From Chlamydiia bacterium (GTDB lineage Bacteria > Chlamydiota > Chlamydiia > Chlamydiales > JBMOFD01), in the NCBI GenBank assembly GCA_049314435.1, contig JBMOFD010000008.1:1-37036 (forward strand): a stretch of DNA of 37,036 nucleotides. Reading direction: 5' to 3'. Shown piece after piece: positions 8,033-16,990 of the stretch. The notes under the pieces were generated by a model. That model did no database searches, was not told where the DNA came from, and saw only the letters and a program-made list of their open reading frames with translations. The position numbers and the translations under genes were made by a program. Positions within the stretch are counted from its first letter, which is position 1, and each line of letters begins with the position of its first letter.

Positions 8033-9809
8033 ATGCCTGATGGTCCTGAGGAACAGGGATCCGAAGGACCTTAAAGTGTTCAGGCAGTCGATGACTCACA
8101 ATCAACAGGGCCTTGCCACAGTTCTCGATCTCTTCGAGGACCTTGGCCTGCTGGGCCATTCCTTCTCGATCAAGATTTGCGAAGGGTTCGTCGAGGATGA
8201 TGAGCTGCCTCCACGGTTGGCATTGAGCCATGGTGAGTGCTGTGAGGGCAAGGACCCTTCGGCGTTCCCCAGACGACAGGCTGCCATAGCTCTTGTCTCC
8301 TGTCAGATTGAGGTCAGCTTTGCGCAACAAATTGGTGATCAGGAGAGTGCGTTCTCGACGAAGCTCTTCGACACTACTACGCATATCCCAGGGCAGAAGC
8401 TCCTGAGATTGTAGGATGCGGGTGAGGCGACCATCGCTTGATTTCCAGACCACTTCAGTCAGCATCCTGCCCCAGCGACGGCACATCTCTTGGTAGCTGC
8501 TCGCGAGCCGATCAGCGAGGTAGGGCCGAAACAGGTCCACCAGGCGGCTAGCTCGGTCGATTTCGCTATCCTGACGGATCAGGATCGACTCGAAGATCTT
8601 CTGTTCGCCGAGGGCATGGGCATTGATGGCGTGGCCATTCTGCACCAGAAAGAGGTCCCCCGTATGGTCAATGAGATGACCGATGGCGAACAACAGAAGG
8701 GTTTTCCCCCGTCCTGAGGGGGCTTGTAAGAGAGAACACGCTCCGGCTGGGATCTGAGCATCGATCGGTCCGAGTCGGCGAGGGAAGGCGGCGCTCACGG
8801 CAAACTGTTGGAGGATGACGCCGTTCTGGATGGGCGGTTCGGGGAGCGCTGGGCACTGTTCCATATGCCGGTTCCACTGAGAGCGGGCGATGAGCAAGCA
8901 GGGGTTGGCTAGAGCTTCGAGCAGATCGCTGCCCTTCTCAACAGCCCTCTGGGCAAGGGTTCGTTGGCGCTGCAGAGAGAGTGTGTGGGTCAAGCCTCTT
9001 AGGCCCTGCGTAATCGCAAAGTAGCTGGCGATGAGGTCTCCACCGACGCCAAAGGCAAATCGAACGAGGAAGAGGACGAGAGGAAGTTCCTGAAGCCCCT
9101 GCATCTGCAACATGAGCCGTTCATGGGCCTGCAGAGCTCGGATCAGATAGGCTTGAACGCCGGTGCTACGCCCGACACGGATCTCCTCATCGACGCGGTG
9201 GACACGAGTACGGAAGTACCACTCGGTCAGAGGCACAGACAGGATCCCTAGGCCCAAGACCGCCATGGCAAGAGTGCGGCTCTCTGCCACGAGTAGACCG
9301 CACGCGCAGGCAACAGGAACACCGATCATGAGGAGTCTGGTGCGTGTGTAGCTATAGATCTCGGCGTTGTAGATCTCCGTAGGGATGGCCTGGATCGACG
9401 CGATCTCCGCCTCACTCAAACCTCGGTCAGCCAGCATCGAGCGTACTTGGGCCGCGTGCATGCGCAGCTGACGAAGTGCTTCTGTGAGTTGCAGTTGCCA
9501 AAGAGCCCCAGAACGGCTTTGAAGGTCTGTGGCGATGAGATGGCTGCCCAGTTTGAGAAGAGTCCCGATCCCAAGGATCCACAGAGGTTCCCAAGGAAGG
9601 AGGCCGACCGTCAGAGTGAATACACCCAAGATCTCTACGAGCACGCAGCAGGCGATGCCAGCACGACCTAGGATGATTTTGAGAAGGGGAGTGAACTCCT
9701 GAAGAAAGGGTTCTAGATAGCGAGCTGGTAGAGAGGTCGATCCGCACCACCAGGTGTCCCATGCAAGAAGGCGCTGAAAAAGAGGAGAGGTGCGTTCGAT
9801 GCGCCACAT
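8031..9809 (-). CDS. Divergent ABC transporter (TMD-NBD fusion)
   Basis: N-terminal hydrophobic helices. Walker A APSGRGKT, signature LSSGERRR, Walker B LIILDEP, H-loop VSHR. Confidence 0.85.
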   Translation of the reverse strand: MWRIERTSPLFQRLLAWDTWWCGSTSLPARYLEPFLQEFTPLLKIILGRAGIACCVLVEILGVFTLTVGLLPWEPLWILGIGTLLKLGSHLIATDLQSRSGALWQLQLTEALRQLRMHAAQVRSMLADRGLSEAEIASIQAIPTEIYNAEIYSYTRTRLLMIGVPVACACGLLVAESRTLAMAVLGLGILSVPLTEWYFRTRVHRVDEEIRVGRSTGVQAYLIRALQAHERLMLQMQGLQELPLVLFLVRFAFGVGGDLIASYFAITQGLRGLTHTLSLQRQRTLAQRAVEKGSDLLEALANPCLLIARSQWNRHMEQCPALPEPPIQNGVILQQFAVSAAFPRRLGPIDAQIPAGACSLLQAPSGRGKTLLLFAIGHLIDHTGDLFLVQNGHAINAHALGEQKIFESILIRQDSEIDRASRLVDLFRPYLADRLASSYQEMCRRWGRMLTEVVWKSSDGRLTRILQSQELLPWDMRSSVEELRRERTLLITNLLRKADLNLTGDKSYGSLSSGERRRVLALTALTMAQCQPWRQLIILDEPFANLDREGMAQQAKVLEEIENCGKALLIVSHRLPEHFKVLRIPVPQDHQA

Positions 9810-9995
9810 GCGCGAACCTTCTAGGTATTAAAAATTATATTGTAACAATAGCATGATCAGATGATGGTGTGGAAGACAAAGATCGATGGCTAGCGGAGCC
9901 ACTTCAGCCAATCCATGACCCCACATCCCGCGAGGGTCGGGTCACCTATCTAAAATAATTTTATTGGTATAACCGTCCCTACAAGGGGGAACGCC

Positions 9996-10607
9996 ATGAG
10001 CGATCACAGAGACGGAGATAGGATCTGGTACCTCGCGGGGCGTCTCATCGCCGGTGGGCTAGCCGCATTAGGATGGTTTGCGGCGACCGCCTTTGCGGCG
10101 AAGTTGGATTTGAACAGCAGTGCTCAATATTACCGGCCTGCTCCTGTGACGGCGTGCAATTCGGCGCGCATCGGTGCGACAGTGGATCCCATAGAAGAAC
10201 CGATCTTGCCGGTCTGTTCCCTTGGGTGTGAGGCCTGTCTTAAGGGTGGGAAGTGTTCCGCCAATCAGACGAATCGATGTGCTGTAGCGTCGAGCGCCGG
10301 GGAGGATCAGGAGCCCCCTATGACTGCTAAGAAGTCCTCTTCGGAGGGAGATGGGCTATTGATCATGCGGTCCACGAGTGGTGTCCCCGCAGGCGGGATT
10401 CTCCCCACCACAGTGAGTGAAGATCATACGATTGTGGTGATTGAGATCCCCGCAGATCAGGAGTTAGATCTCTCCTCGATTGGGGGGCGCGAACTGCTGC
10501 GTGTGGACCATGATGGCATCGCTCATCTGAGCCATGCCGCGGATCAATCCGGGGCTGACAAAGAGATAGTTGAAGAGGCCATGATGGAGCAGCATGGCAC
10601 TCAATGA
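9996..10607 (+). CDS. Hypothetical exported protein, Cys cluster and acidic C-terminal half
   Basis: AAGGGGGA RBS, signal-peptide-like LAALGWFAATAFA, six Cys. The stop overlaps the next gene. Confidence 0.65.
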   Translation: MSDHRDGDRIWYLAGRLIAGGLAALGWFAATAFAAKLDLNSSAQYYRPAPVTACNSARIGATVDPIEEPILPVCSLGCEACLKGGKCSANQTNRCAVASSAGEDQEPPMTAKKSSSEGDGLLIMRSTSGVPAGGILPTTVSEDHTIVVIEIPADQELDLSSIGGRELLRVDHDGIAHLSHAADQSGADKEIVEEAMMEQHGTQ

Positions 10608-12210
10608 CCCTGTCCCTCCCAGGAGTGACTTTCATCCGCCTATACACTCCAATCGCTCCGGCACCAATCAGGTCGGCCCATTTGACGTTCGGGGGGATAG
10701 GATCCGGAGGTCCATGGAGGTGGCCTGTAGGGCCCTTGCGCTGACAACCTTGGGAGCCGCTGATCGAGCAGCGCTGGAAAATGAAGCGCAGCAGACGATC
10801 GCCTCCGCGTTCCGCAAGCATCAATTTCGCAGGACCTGGATCTCAACTACGCAAGAGCAGCGATCCGCTGTCGCTGCAGAGATTCTGAATCTACTGAAGC
10901 GATTCACTGAGCCTGATTTTTATGAGCACCCTTCTGTTCAGCATGCCTCTAGCGATATCCACTATACCAGAGAGGGTCTAAGCCAATATTCAGGAAATCT
11001 GTACGAACATATTAACGTGCCTGTAAAAAGTAACTCTATTAACGAAAGCATCCTTTCCTCGGAAGCATACTCCAAGCTATCTCAACCCAGTAAAGAGGCC
11101 CTATCCAAGCTAATTAGAGCTCACGCCATCAAGGCCATATCATTTGAGAAATTTATGGCGGCTCTGCAAGCTACCCTGAAAGACGCCTTGGAAGACATCA
11201 TGAGTTCGCCGCCTGAGGAGCGGGACTATATCATCATTGGCGGCCATGTTGCCAAAAGCTATAACTGGGTCATTGCCCTCGGTAAGAACGTCTTGGCCAC
11301 CCACCCGCCCAAGGCTATCCTACGGCGATCGGAGGTTTCCGATTATCTTGCGACACATAAAAATATCAAGCATGTCGTCTATCTCGATGATGCTGCATTC
11401 TCGGGGACTCAGCTGAAGGATAACATCTCGCATGCGCTGACAGGGGATCAGGATCTGAGGGTTCATGTGGCTATTCCGTTTATGACTCGGACTGCCATCA
11501 AATGTCTTAAAGACACAATTGACGAAGTCAATTCACCAACCCGCTATGGCCAAGAGCAAGGTAAGGCTGGAGAGCGGGCTGTCAACCCAAAGAAGCTGGT
11601 CAGCTTGCAGATAGCTAAGCACTGGCCTCTGATCTCGGTCAATGAGATGCCAGCGTTTTACAAATCAATCACTTCAGATGATGTTAATCAACTGTGGGTT
11701 GGCCTGGGCGCGGAATATGGCGTAATATCCGATCCATCAAATTATAGTAAATATAAGCAGACGGCGAGTTATTTCGAACACAAAATCCCGGATGATTGGT
11801 CAACGATTCCGGTATTGGCCAAAATAGTTGAAACTACTTCAGAGCCATATAAAGGGCCTATATATATAGAATATCTCAAAGGCCTCGAGAAATCGCTGCC
11901 CACAGAGGTTAAAGTACAATTGGCTATAAATCCGCATAGTGCCGAGTTTTTAGTTGCGGGGATTGTGCGGACTGAAAAAGGCGATTTTATTTTCAACAAG
12001 AATGTGTTGCCTTATGAAGGATCAAAGGGCACTCTGCACATCGTCAGAGATGGTCATGAAGTGAGGGTTCCGGAATGGTGTGTCTTGAAATTACAAGACA
12101 ATGATTTGATTCATGTGACCGCTCAAATACGAAAGCGGAACGGCGAATGGGAAGATCACGCGGCGGTATTTCGATATCAAAACGGAACCTTGACTGGCGC
12201 GCACTCGTGA
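10594..12210 (+). CDS. Phosphoribosyltransferase-like (type I PRT motif) protein, candidate secreted effector
   Basis: PRPP-loop-like HVVYLDDAAFSGTQL, KSYNWV and YFEHKIPD..ST..PYK. GGAG RBS. P/S-rich N-terminus. Confidence 0.75.
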   Translation: MALNDPVPPRSDFHPPIHSNRSGTNQVGPFDVRGDRIRRSMEVACRALALTTLGAADRAALENEAQQTIASAFRKHQFRRTWISTTQEQRSAVAAEILNLLKRFTEPDFYEHPSVQHASSDIHYTREGLSQYSGNLYEHINVPVKSNSINESILSSEAYSKLSQPSKEALSKLIRAHAIKAISFEKFMAALQATLKDALEDIMSSPPEERDYIIIGGHVAKSYNWVIALGKNVLATHPPKAILRRSEVSDYLATHKNIKHVVYLDDAAFSGTQLKDNISHALTGDQDLRVHVAIPFMTRTAIKCLKDTIDEVNSPTRYGQEQGKAGERAVNPKKLVSLQIAKHWPLISVNEMPAFYKSITSDDVNQLWVGLGAEYGVISDPSNYSKYKQTASYFEHKIPDDWSTIPVLAKIVETTSEPYKGPIYIEYLKGLEKSLPTEVKVQLAINPHSAEFLVAGIVRTEKGDFIFNKNVLPYEGSKGTLHIVRDGHEVRVPEWCVLKLQDNDLIHVTAQIRKRNGEWEDHAAVFRYQNGTLTGAHS

Positions 12211-12264
12211 AGTGGAGGCTTAACGATTACGATCTTATGGTGCGCCTGACATAGTGGATATTGT

Positions 12265-13809
12265 TTAGACTTCAGACCCATCTTGCTCACCTTCGACAGA
12301 TCCGGTGAGGCTGCTCGGAGATGGAAGGGCCTGGCGCGGTGGCGACTTGGCCTCGTTCGACAGATAAGCAGGGGTGTCGTAGTGGGCTGGCCAGAGCCCA
12401 TCATAAGGTATCAAGGGGGTGCTCTCCTCGCCATCGTTAAGAATGTCAACGAACTGATTCGCTTGAAGAAGGCCCCGTGCCTCTACGGATGGATCCCTAT
12501 GTTGTGCTGAGTCAGGTCCGCAGTTATCCCCTGTCCGTTCGGCAGCATGCTCCTCCCGCGACGAACTCTCCACATGAACCAGGGTCGGTAGAGGGCCGTC
12601 TGTAATACGGCGATATTTGGTCTGGGGCTCGTTGGCGAGTTCTCTTCCCAGAGCCTCTGCAGGGGTGTCCTGAGCGCTCGGGGCTGTTCCATATAGCCTC
12701 TTCGGACCCTGTCGGCGATCTCCATTCGTCATTGCAGTCGAGTCAGGCGCTAGACGGAGGCGAAGAAGAGGGGGTGGGGCGGCACCAGTCACCGACGTTG
12801 TAGAGACCGCCTCCACAGGCTCCTTAGTGAACGGCGCGACACCGGCTAGCGTGGAGTTGTATTCCCAAAGGGTGTCGAGATGTGCGACGCAGCCTGGGTG
12901 CTTCGTGAACCCAGGGTAATTCCTGAGAATCACAATCAGACGCTCCATCGTGAATGAGGGATTCAACTGTCGGTAAACTTCTCCCAAAGAAAGGGGGCGC
13001 CCAGCCAGCATGATGGCCAGTCGGGTCACCGTCTTGAATTCATTTTGGGGCCGTCTCCGAGATGAGCGCACAGGGCTGGCTCTAGTGCCCGAAATGAGGG
13101 AATGAGAGGACCCATGAGCTCTGGGGGGAGACAACGAACTGGCAGAGCTCAGAGAGCGGCCCCATTCTGTCAGCCTGTATGACCACACACCGCGATAGGC
13201 GGGTACCAGTTCTACGATCCCCTGTCCCTGGAGGACTTTCAGGCAGCTATGTATTGCGGCTCTCGGCATGATGCGGTACGCCAGGCAGAGGCCCTCACTG
13301 ATCTGCTGCGGGGTCTGAGGCCGAGGACAGGTCAATAGATACTGATGAATATAGAATCGGCCTTGCGCCCGCGAATCCATACCGAAGGTGGCGGGCGTGC
13401 ATCCAGACGAGGGGGTAGAGAGACCCGCTACCTCGGGGTGGTGGATCCTATCCCCTTCGGTAGATGGTAGAATCCTCCGTGCGATGGTGCCAACAGCACC
13501 CCTATCAGCGAGGGGAGTGGCGTTCGGCATCCTCGCAGGGGTTAGTTCCAAGCCTGTAGAGCCCTGTGTCTGGCGATGGTCTGCTAAGAGCTCCTGGTTG
13601 ACCAGGTCCGTATGGAACGCAGAGATCCCCAGAGCGGGCACCGTCCAACGTCTGACAGTTAACGTCCGTGGAGAGGTCAATGCAGATTGTGGGGAAGGCT
13701 CTTCTGCAACGTTCGCTGCTGAGCTGGAGGAGGTTGGATCAGCTAGAGGAACATGAGGTCCCCATGCTCCGGTCGTATACGAACTATATCCAGCAGTAGG
13801 TGTGAGCAC
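12265..13809 (-). CDS. Hypothetical protein with two putative winged-helix domains in S/P/T-rich disordered sequence
   Basis: 514-aa ORF, GGGAG RBS before GTG. wHTH-like IHQYLLTCPRPQTPQQISEGL..AAIHSCLKVLQGQGIVE..YRLTEWGR and AGRPLSLGEVYRQL..LWEY. Confidence 0.7.
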   Translation of the reverse strand: MLTPTAGYSSYTTGAWGPHVPLADPTSSSSAANVAEEPSPQSALTSPRTLTVRRWTVPALGISAFHTDLVNQELLADHRQTQGSTGLELTPARMPNATPLADRGAVGTIARRILPSTEGDRIHHPEVAGLSTPSSGCTPATFGMDSRAQGRFYIHQYLLTCPRPQTPQQISEGLCLAYRIMPRAAIHSCLKVLQGQGIVELVPAYRGVWSYRLTEWGRSLSSASSLSPPRAHGSSHSLISGTRASPVRSSRRRPQNEFKTVTRLAIMLAGRPLSLGEVYRQLNPSFTMERLIVILRNYPGFTKHPGCVAHLDTLWEYNSTLAGVAPFTKEPVEAVSTTSVTGAAPPPLLRLRLAPDSTAMTNGDRRQGPKRLYGTAPSAQDTPAEALGRELANEPQTKYRRITDGPLPTLVHVESSSREEHAAERTGDNCGPDSAQHRDPSVEARGLLQANQFVDILNDGEESTPLIPYDGLWPAHYDTPAYLSNEAKSPPRQALPSPSSLTGSVEGEQDGSEV

Positions 13810-13993
13810 CTGGTCTTCTCCCTGGGTACTAGGATCCTATGAATGGGCTCCGACAGATTCGATCTATTTCTGACTAGAGCTGCTGAGAGCCATCCCAGGG
13901 TAAGGAGTGGCAGGCTAATTTCCCATAGTAGTTCAACAAGGCCCAGTAGAGGCCATTCAAACTCAATCGTAGACCCTAGGGCCAGGGCACTCA

Positions 13994-14009
13994 TGGCACG
14001 GGCTTTGCT
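13994..14009 (+). promoter_or_regulatory. Sigma-54 (-24/-12) promoter
   Basis: TGGCAC-GGGCT-TTGCT is an exact match to TGGCAC-N5-TTGCW, about 30 nt before ATG 14040. Confidence 0.8.
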
Positions 14010-14039
14010 TCTTAAAGCTGTGTGTCAAGGAGCGAAGCG

Positions 14040-14612
14040 ATGCGCATGCATTGGCAGGGATTGGTCTGTATCGGCTTGATGAGCTGGATGGCGTTGACCG
14101 CAGGACAGAGTGAATGGAAACCATATCACTCTGTGGTAGGAAACTTTAAGGTCATGCTTCCGGGGCAGCCCGTATGGTCGGGGACCAACCTCTCCGTACC
14201 GGGGTCAGGGCTCAACGTAGCCTATGATAGCTTCCTGCTGGAAAAGTCGGCTGAAACCGTCTTTCTGATCAGTGTGGCCCATTACCCCACCGAAGTGGAT
14301 CTCAGTGAGACCTCTAGTGTGTTGATGGAGGCCCTCGAAGGGTTGCTGCTCACGGACGAGACGCATCGTCTCGTGTCGTCGAAGTTTGAGAAGCAGCAGC
14401 AGGGGATCGACTCCCTGCGGTTTCATATCCATGCTTCGGGATCCAAGACTCATCTGAAAGGCGCGCATATGTTGATTGGGCAGCGGCTCATCCTTGCGGT
14501 CATCATCTCAGAGAATGAGCAGGACCTGGCGCAGGATGTGGACCCGTTCTTGAGCAGCTTGACCATCACCGATCTAAAAGCCGTCGTTCGTTCCAATGCA
14601 CAGCTCATATAG
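14040..14612 (+). CDS. Exported protein, PsbP/Mog1/DcrB-like fold (paralog 1)
   Basis: AAGGAG RBS, signal peptide, WKPY..FKVMLPGQP..FLISVAHYP..FLSSL pattern. Confidence 0.75.
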   Translation: MRMHWQGLVCIGLMSWMALTAGQSEWKPYHSVVGNFKVMLPGQPVWSGTNLSVPGSGLNVAYDSFLLEKSAETVFLISVAHYPTEVDLSETSSVLMEALEGLLLTDETHRLVSSKFEKQQQGIDSLRFHIHASGSKTHLKGAHMLIGQRLILAVIISENEQDLAQDVDPFLSSLTITDLKAVVRSNAQLI

Positions 14613-14620
14613 GGAGCCCT

Positions 14621-15184
14621 ATGCGCATGACACGTCTCCTTGCTCTGCTGCTCCTGCCCTACATGGCATTTGCCGCATCTAGCACCGCACCGCTCCGACA
14701 CACCCTGGTAACTCTGCATGGCGACTGCCAGCTGCAGATGCCCAGTACTCCCGAGCGGCGAAGCCAACTGGTGAGCCGAGAGGAATCGGGATTGCAGATG
14801 GAATATGAGGCCTATCTGGCAGACGATGGCCGAGATCGGATCTACATGCTTCTGATCGCCACCTACGCTTCCGGGATGGATCCAGTGCGTCCCGAAGCGA
14901 ATATGGAGGGATTTCTCAACGGCATGTTGGGGTACCACGAGGATAACGAACTACTAGATGCTCGGTTTGAGCCTCTGGCAGGACGACAGGCCATGTCTTT
15001 TCTGGTGAAGAACCAGAATCGCCACTTCTGTGGGCACGTTCTGGTCGAGGGTCAGAAGCTCTATCTGCTGGCTATTGAAGGGCCTGCTCATGAGAGTCTG
15101 CAGAGCACCTATAAAGACTACGCTCAGAGCTTTTCTCTTCTAGACGGCTCTGGTGATGTGGCTCTGTCGAGCTCTAAGCATTGA
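14621..15184 (+). CDS. Exported protein, PsbP/Mog1/DcrB-like fold (paralog 2)
   Basis: GGGAG RBS, signal peptide MAFA, LQMPSTP..YMLLIATY..GFLNGML..KLYLLA..SFSL. Aligns by eye with the upstream gene. Confidence 0.78.
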   Translation: MRMTRLLALLLLPYMAFAASSTAPLRHTLVTLHGDCQLQMPSTPERRSQLVSREESGLQMEYEAYLADDGRDRIYMLLIATYASGMDPVRPEANMEGFLNGMLGYHEDNELLDARFEPLAGRQAMSFLVKNQNRHFCGHVLVEGQKLYLLAIEGPAHESLQSTYKDYAQSFSLLDGSGDVALSSSKH

Positions 15185-15186
15185 GT

Positions 15187-15600
15187 CTAGGTACTTCTGG
15201 CATGCCAAAGGCTAGCCGCTAGACCCCAGCACAGGCAGTAGATGCCGATGAAGGCCCACGCATTGGCGCCGAGTCGATCGGCAAAGAGGCCTGCGTGAAA
15301 GATCAGGGGAAGAATCACAATCAAGACCAGCAGGGCCACAAGCAGCCCGACAATGACTCCGCGTACCAGGGGCTGCGATACCAGCCATGGTGTAGCAAAG
15401 AGGAGCCCGAAGAGGCCTCCCCACAGGGCACAAAGTGAAAGGTCATGTGCGTTGAGGGCTGAGAGATAGTGCACTCCGTACATGGAGGGAAGGCGAATCA
15501 GGCTCAACAGAGACATCAATACCCCTGTGACCACTCCACCAAAGGCTCCCGATCCATAGGCTCGAGCCGCGCCACGAAAAAAAGGATGCATGCCCCTCAA
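15187..15600 (-). CDS. Small integral membrane protein (about 4 TM)
   Basis: Four Gly-rich hydrophobic segments. ATGA overlap with the dnaA stop. Confidence 0.75.
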   Translation of the reverse strand: MRGMHPFFRGAARAYGSGAFGGVVTGVLMSLLSLIRLPSMYGVHYLSALNAHDLSLCALWGGLFGLLFATPWLVSQPLVRGVIVGLLVALLVLIVILPLIFHAGLFADRLGANAWAFIGIYCLCWGLAASLWHARST

Positions 15601-16979
15601 GCCTTACAGAGATAGTCCAAGCGCTTCAATACGGCCGTAAGATGATGGGGCGTATCTGAAGAACGTTCAGACAGTGCCTTCTGACATCCCTTGATGGCCG
15701 ACATCACCGTAGAGTGATCCCGATCGAATAGCTCTCCAATGCGCATATACGGCATTCGCAATTTTTGCCGACAGAGGTACATTGCAAGCTGTCGTGGCTC
15801 CACGCATTCCCTCGTTTGGCTGCAACCCCTCAGATCCTCCAAAGGCAGCGCAAAATGCTCGGCTACAGCCTGTAGAATCTTGGGCGCCGACAGAGAGGCT
15901 TGCCTCTCTTCAGAGATCAAGTCCCTCAACAGATGAGCCGCTTGCTCACAGGTGAGGTGCTGGTCCGATAGGTGATCCAGGTGGGCCCTCAGGATTAACG
16001 CCTCCAGAGCGCGCATGCAAGCGCGAGTTCCGCTGGGAAACTCCTCAACGAGCCAGAAGAGGAGCTTGTTCGAGCCTCCCCAGCCGAGTAGCGCTGCCCG
16101 TCGCTCCAAGATCTCCTTGAGCACCTCCCGAGGCGGCGATTCCAAGGGAAGCGAAAGCCCCCATTCAAAGCGGCTCACCAGTCGAGGTTCAATTGACTGC
16201 ATTTCTGAGGGCGGGCAGTTCGCTGCAAGGATGATCTGCTTCCCTTCGACATGCAACGCATTGAACGTGTGGAAGAACTCCTCCTGCGTGGACGCCTTAC
16301 GAGCGAAGGCTTGTACATCGTCGACCAGCAGGGCATCCACATGGCGATAGGCTCTGCGGAAGCTTTGCATCTCGCCCGCTCGAATCGCCTCGATCACATG
16401 CTCCGTAAACGTCTCAGCTCGGCAGTAGAGGGCTTGAACGCCACGCTCCACCAAAGCGGCTGCTACACCCATGAGTAGGTGTGTCTTGCCACACCCTGAC
16501 GGGCCAAATAGAACAATAGGGTTAAAGGAGCCTAATGGTTCCTCACCGAGGGGAGGCTTTCCTGTTGCCACCTCCTGCAGTAACCGAAGGGCAATCGCAG
16601 AAACGCCATGAGGAATGAAATGTTCAAGGCGAGCCTCAGCCGCCATCGCATCAGAGGTAGGCGTTCTGGCCTTAGGAGCATCCCGCCTCGGGGAGTTCCT
16701 CCTGGCTTCAGGGGTCGTCGCCACTGCTTGAGTCACCTCAGGGACGAGGAGGTGTACCTTGAGTTTGCGCCCATTGCTATTGAGAAGACCCTCTTGCACA
16801 CGACGGCGCATGTGCTCTTCAAACCAGAGAGCCTGAAAGGAATCACTGACTTCGAGGTAGAGATTGCCTGCATCGAATCGAACAACCCGAAGAGGGCGCA
16901 GCCACTTGGTGACTGTGTCGACGCCCAATTCGCGCTCTTGCCTTTCGAGGAAGGTCTCCCAAATCTGCAAGAGCGACAT
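15597..16979 (-). CDS. dnaA: Chromosomal replication initiator DnaA
   Basis: FNPIVLFGPSGCGKTHL, LLVDDVQ, QEEFFHTFN, RLVSRFEWGL, RQLAMYL..IGELFDRDHSTV. Confidence 0.98.
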   Translation of the reverse strand: MSLLQIWETFLERQERELGVDTVTKWLRPLRVVRFDAGNLYLEVSDSFQALWFEEHMRRRVQEGLLNSNGRKLKVHLLVPEVTQAVATTPEARRNSPRRDAPKARTPTSDAMAAEARLEHFIPHGVSAIALRLLQEVATGKPPLGEEPLGSFNPIVLFGPSGCGKTHLLMGVAAALVERGVQALYCRAETFTEHVIEAIRAGEMQSFRRAYRHVDALLVDDVQAFARKASTQEEFFHTFNALHVEGKQIILAANCPPSEMQSIEPRLVSRFEWGLSLPLESPPREVLKEILERRAALLGWGGSNKLLFWLVEEFPSGTRACMRALEALILRAHLDHLSDQHLTCEQAAHLLRDLISEERQASLSAPKILQAVAEHFALPLEDLRGCSQTRECVEPRQLAMYLCRQKLRMPYMRIGELFDRDHSTVMSAIKGCQKALSERSSDTPHHLTAVLKRLDYLCKA

Positions 16980-16990
16980 GGATGCTCCGC

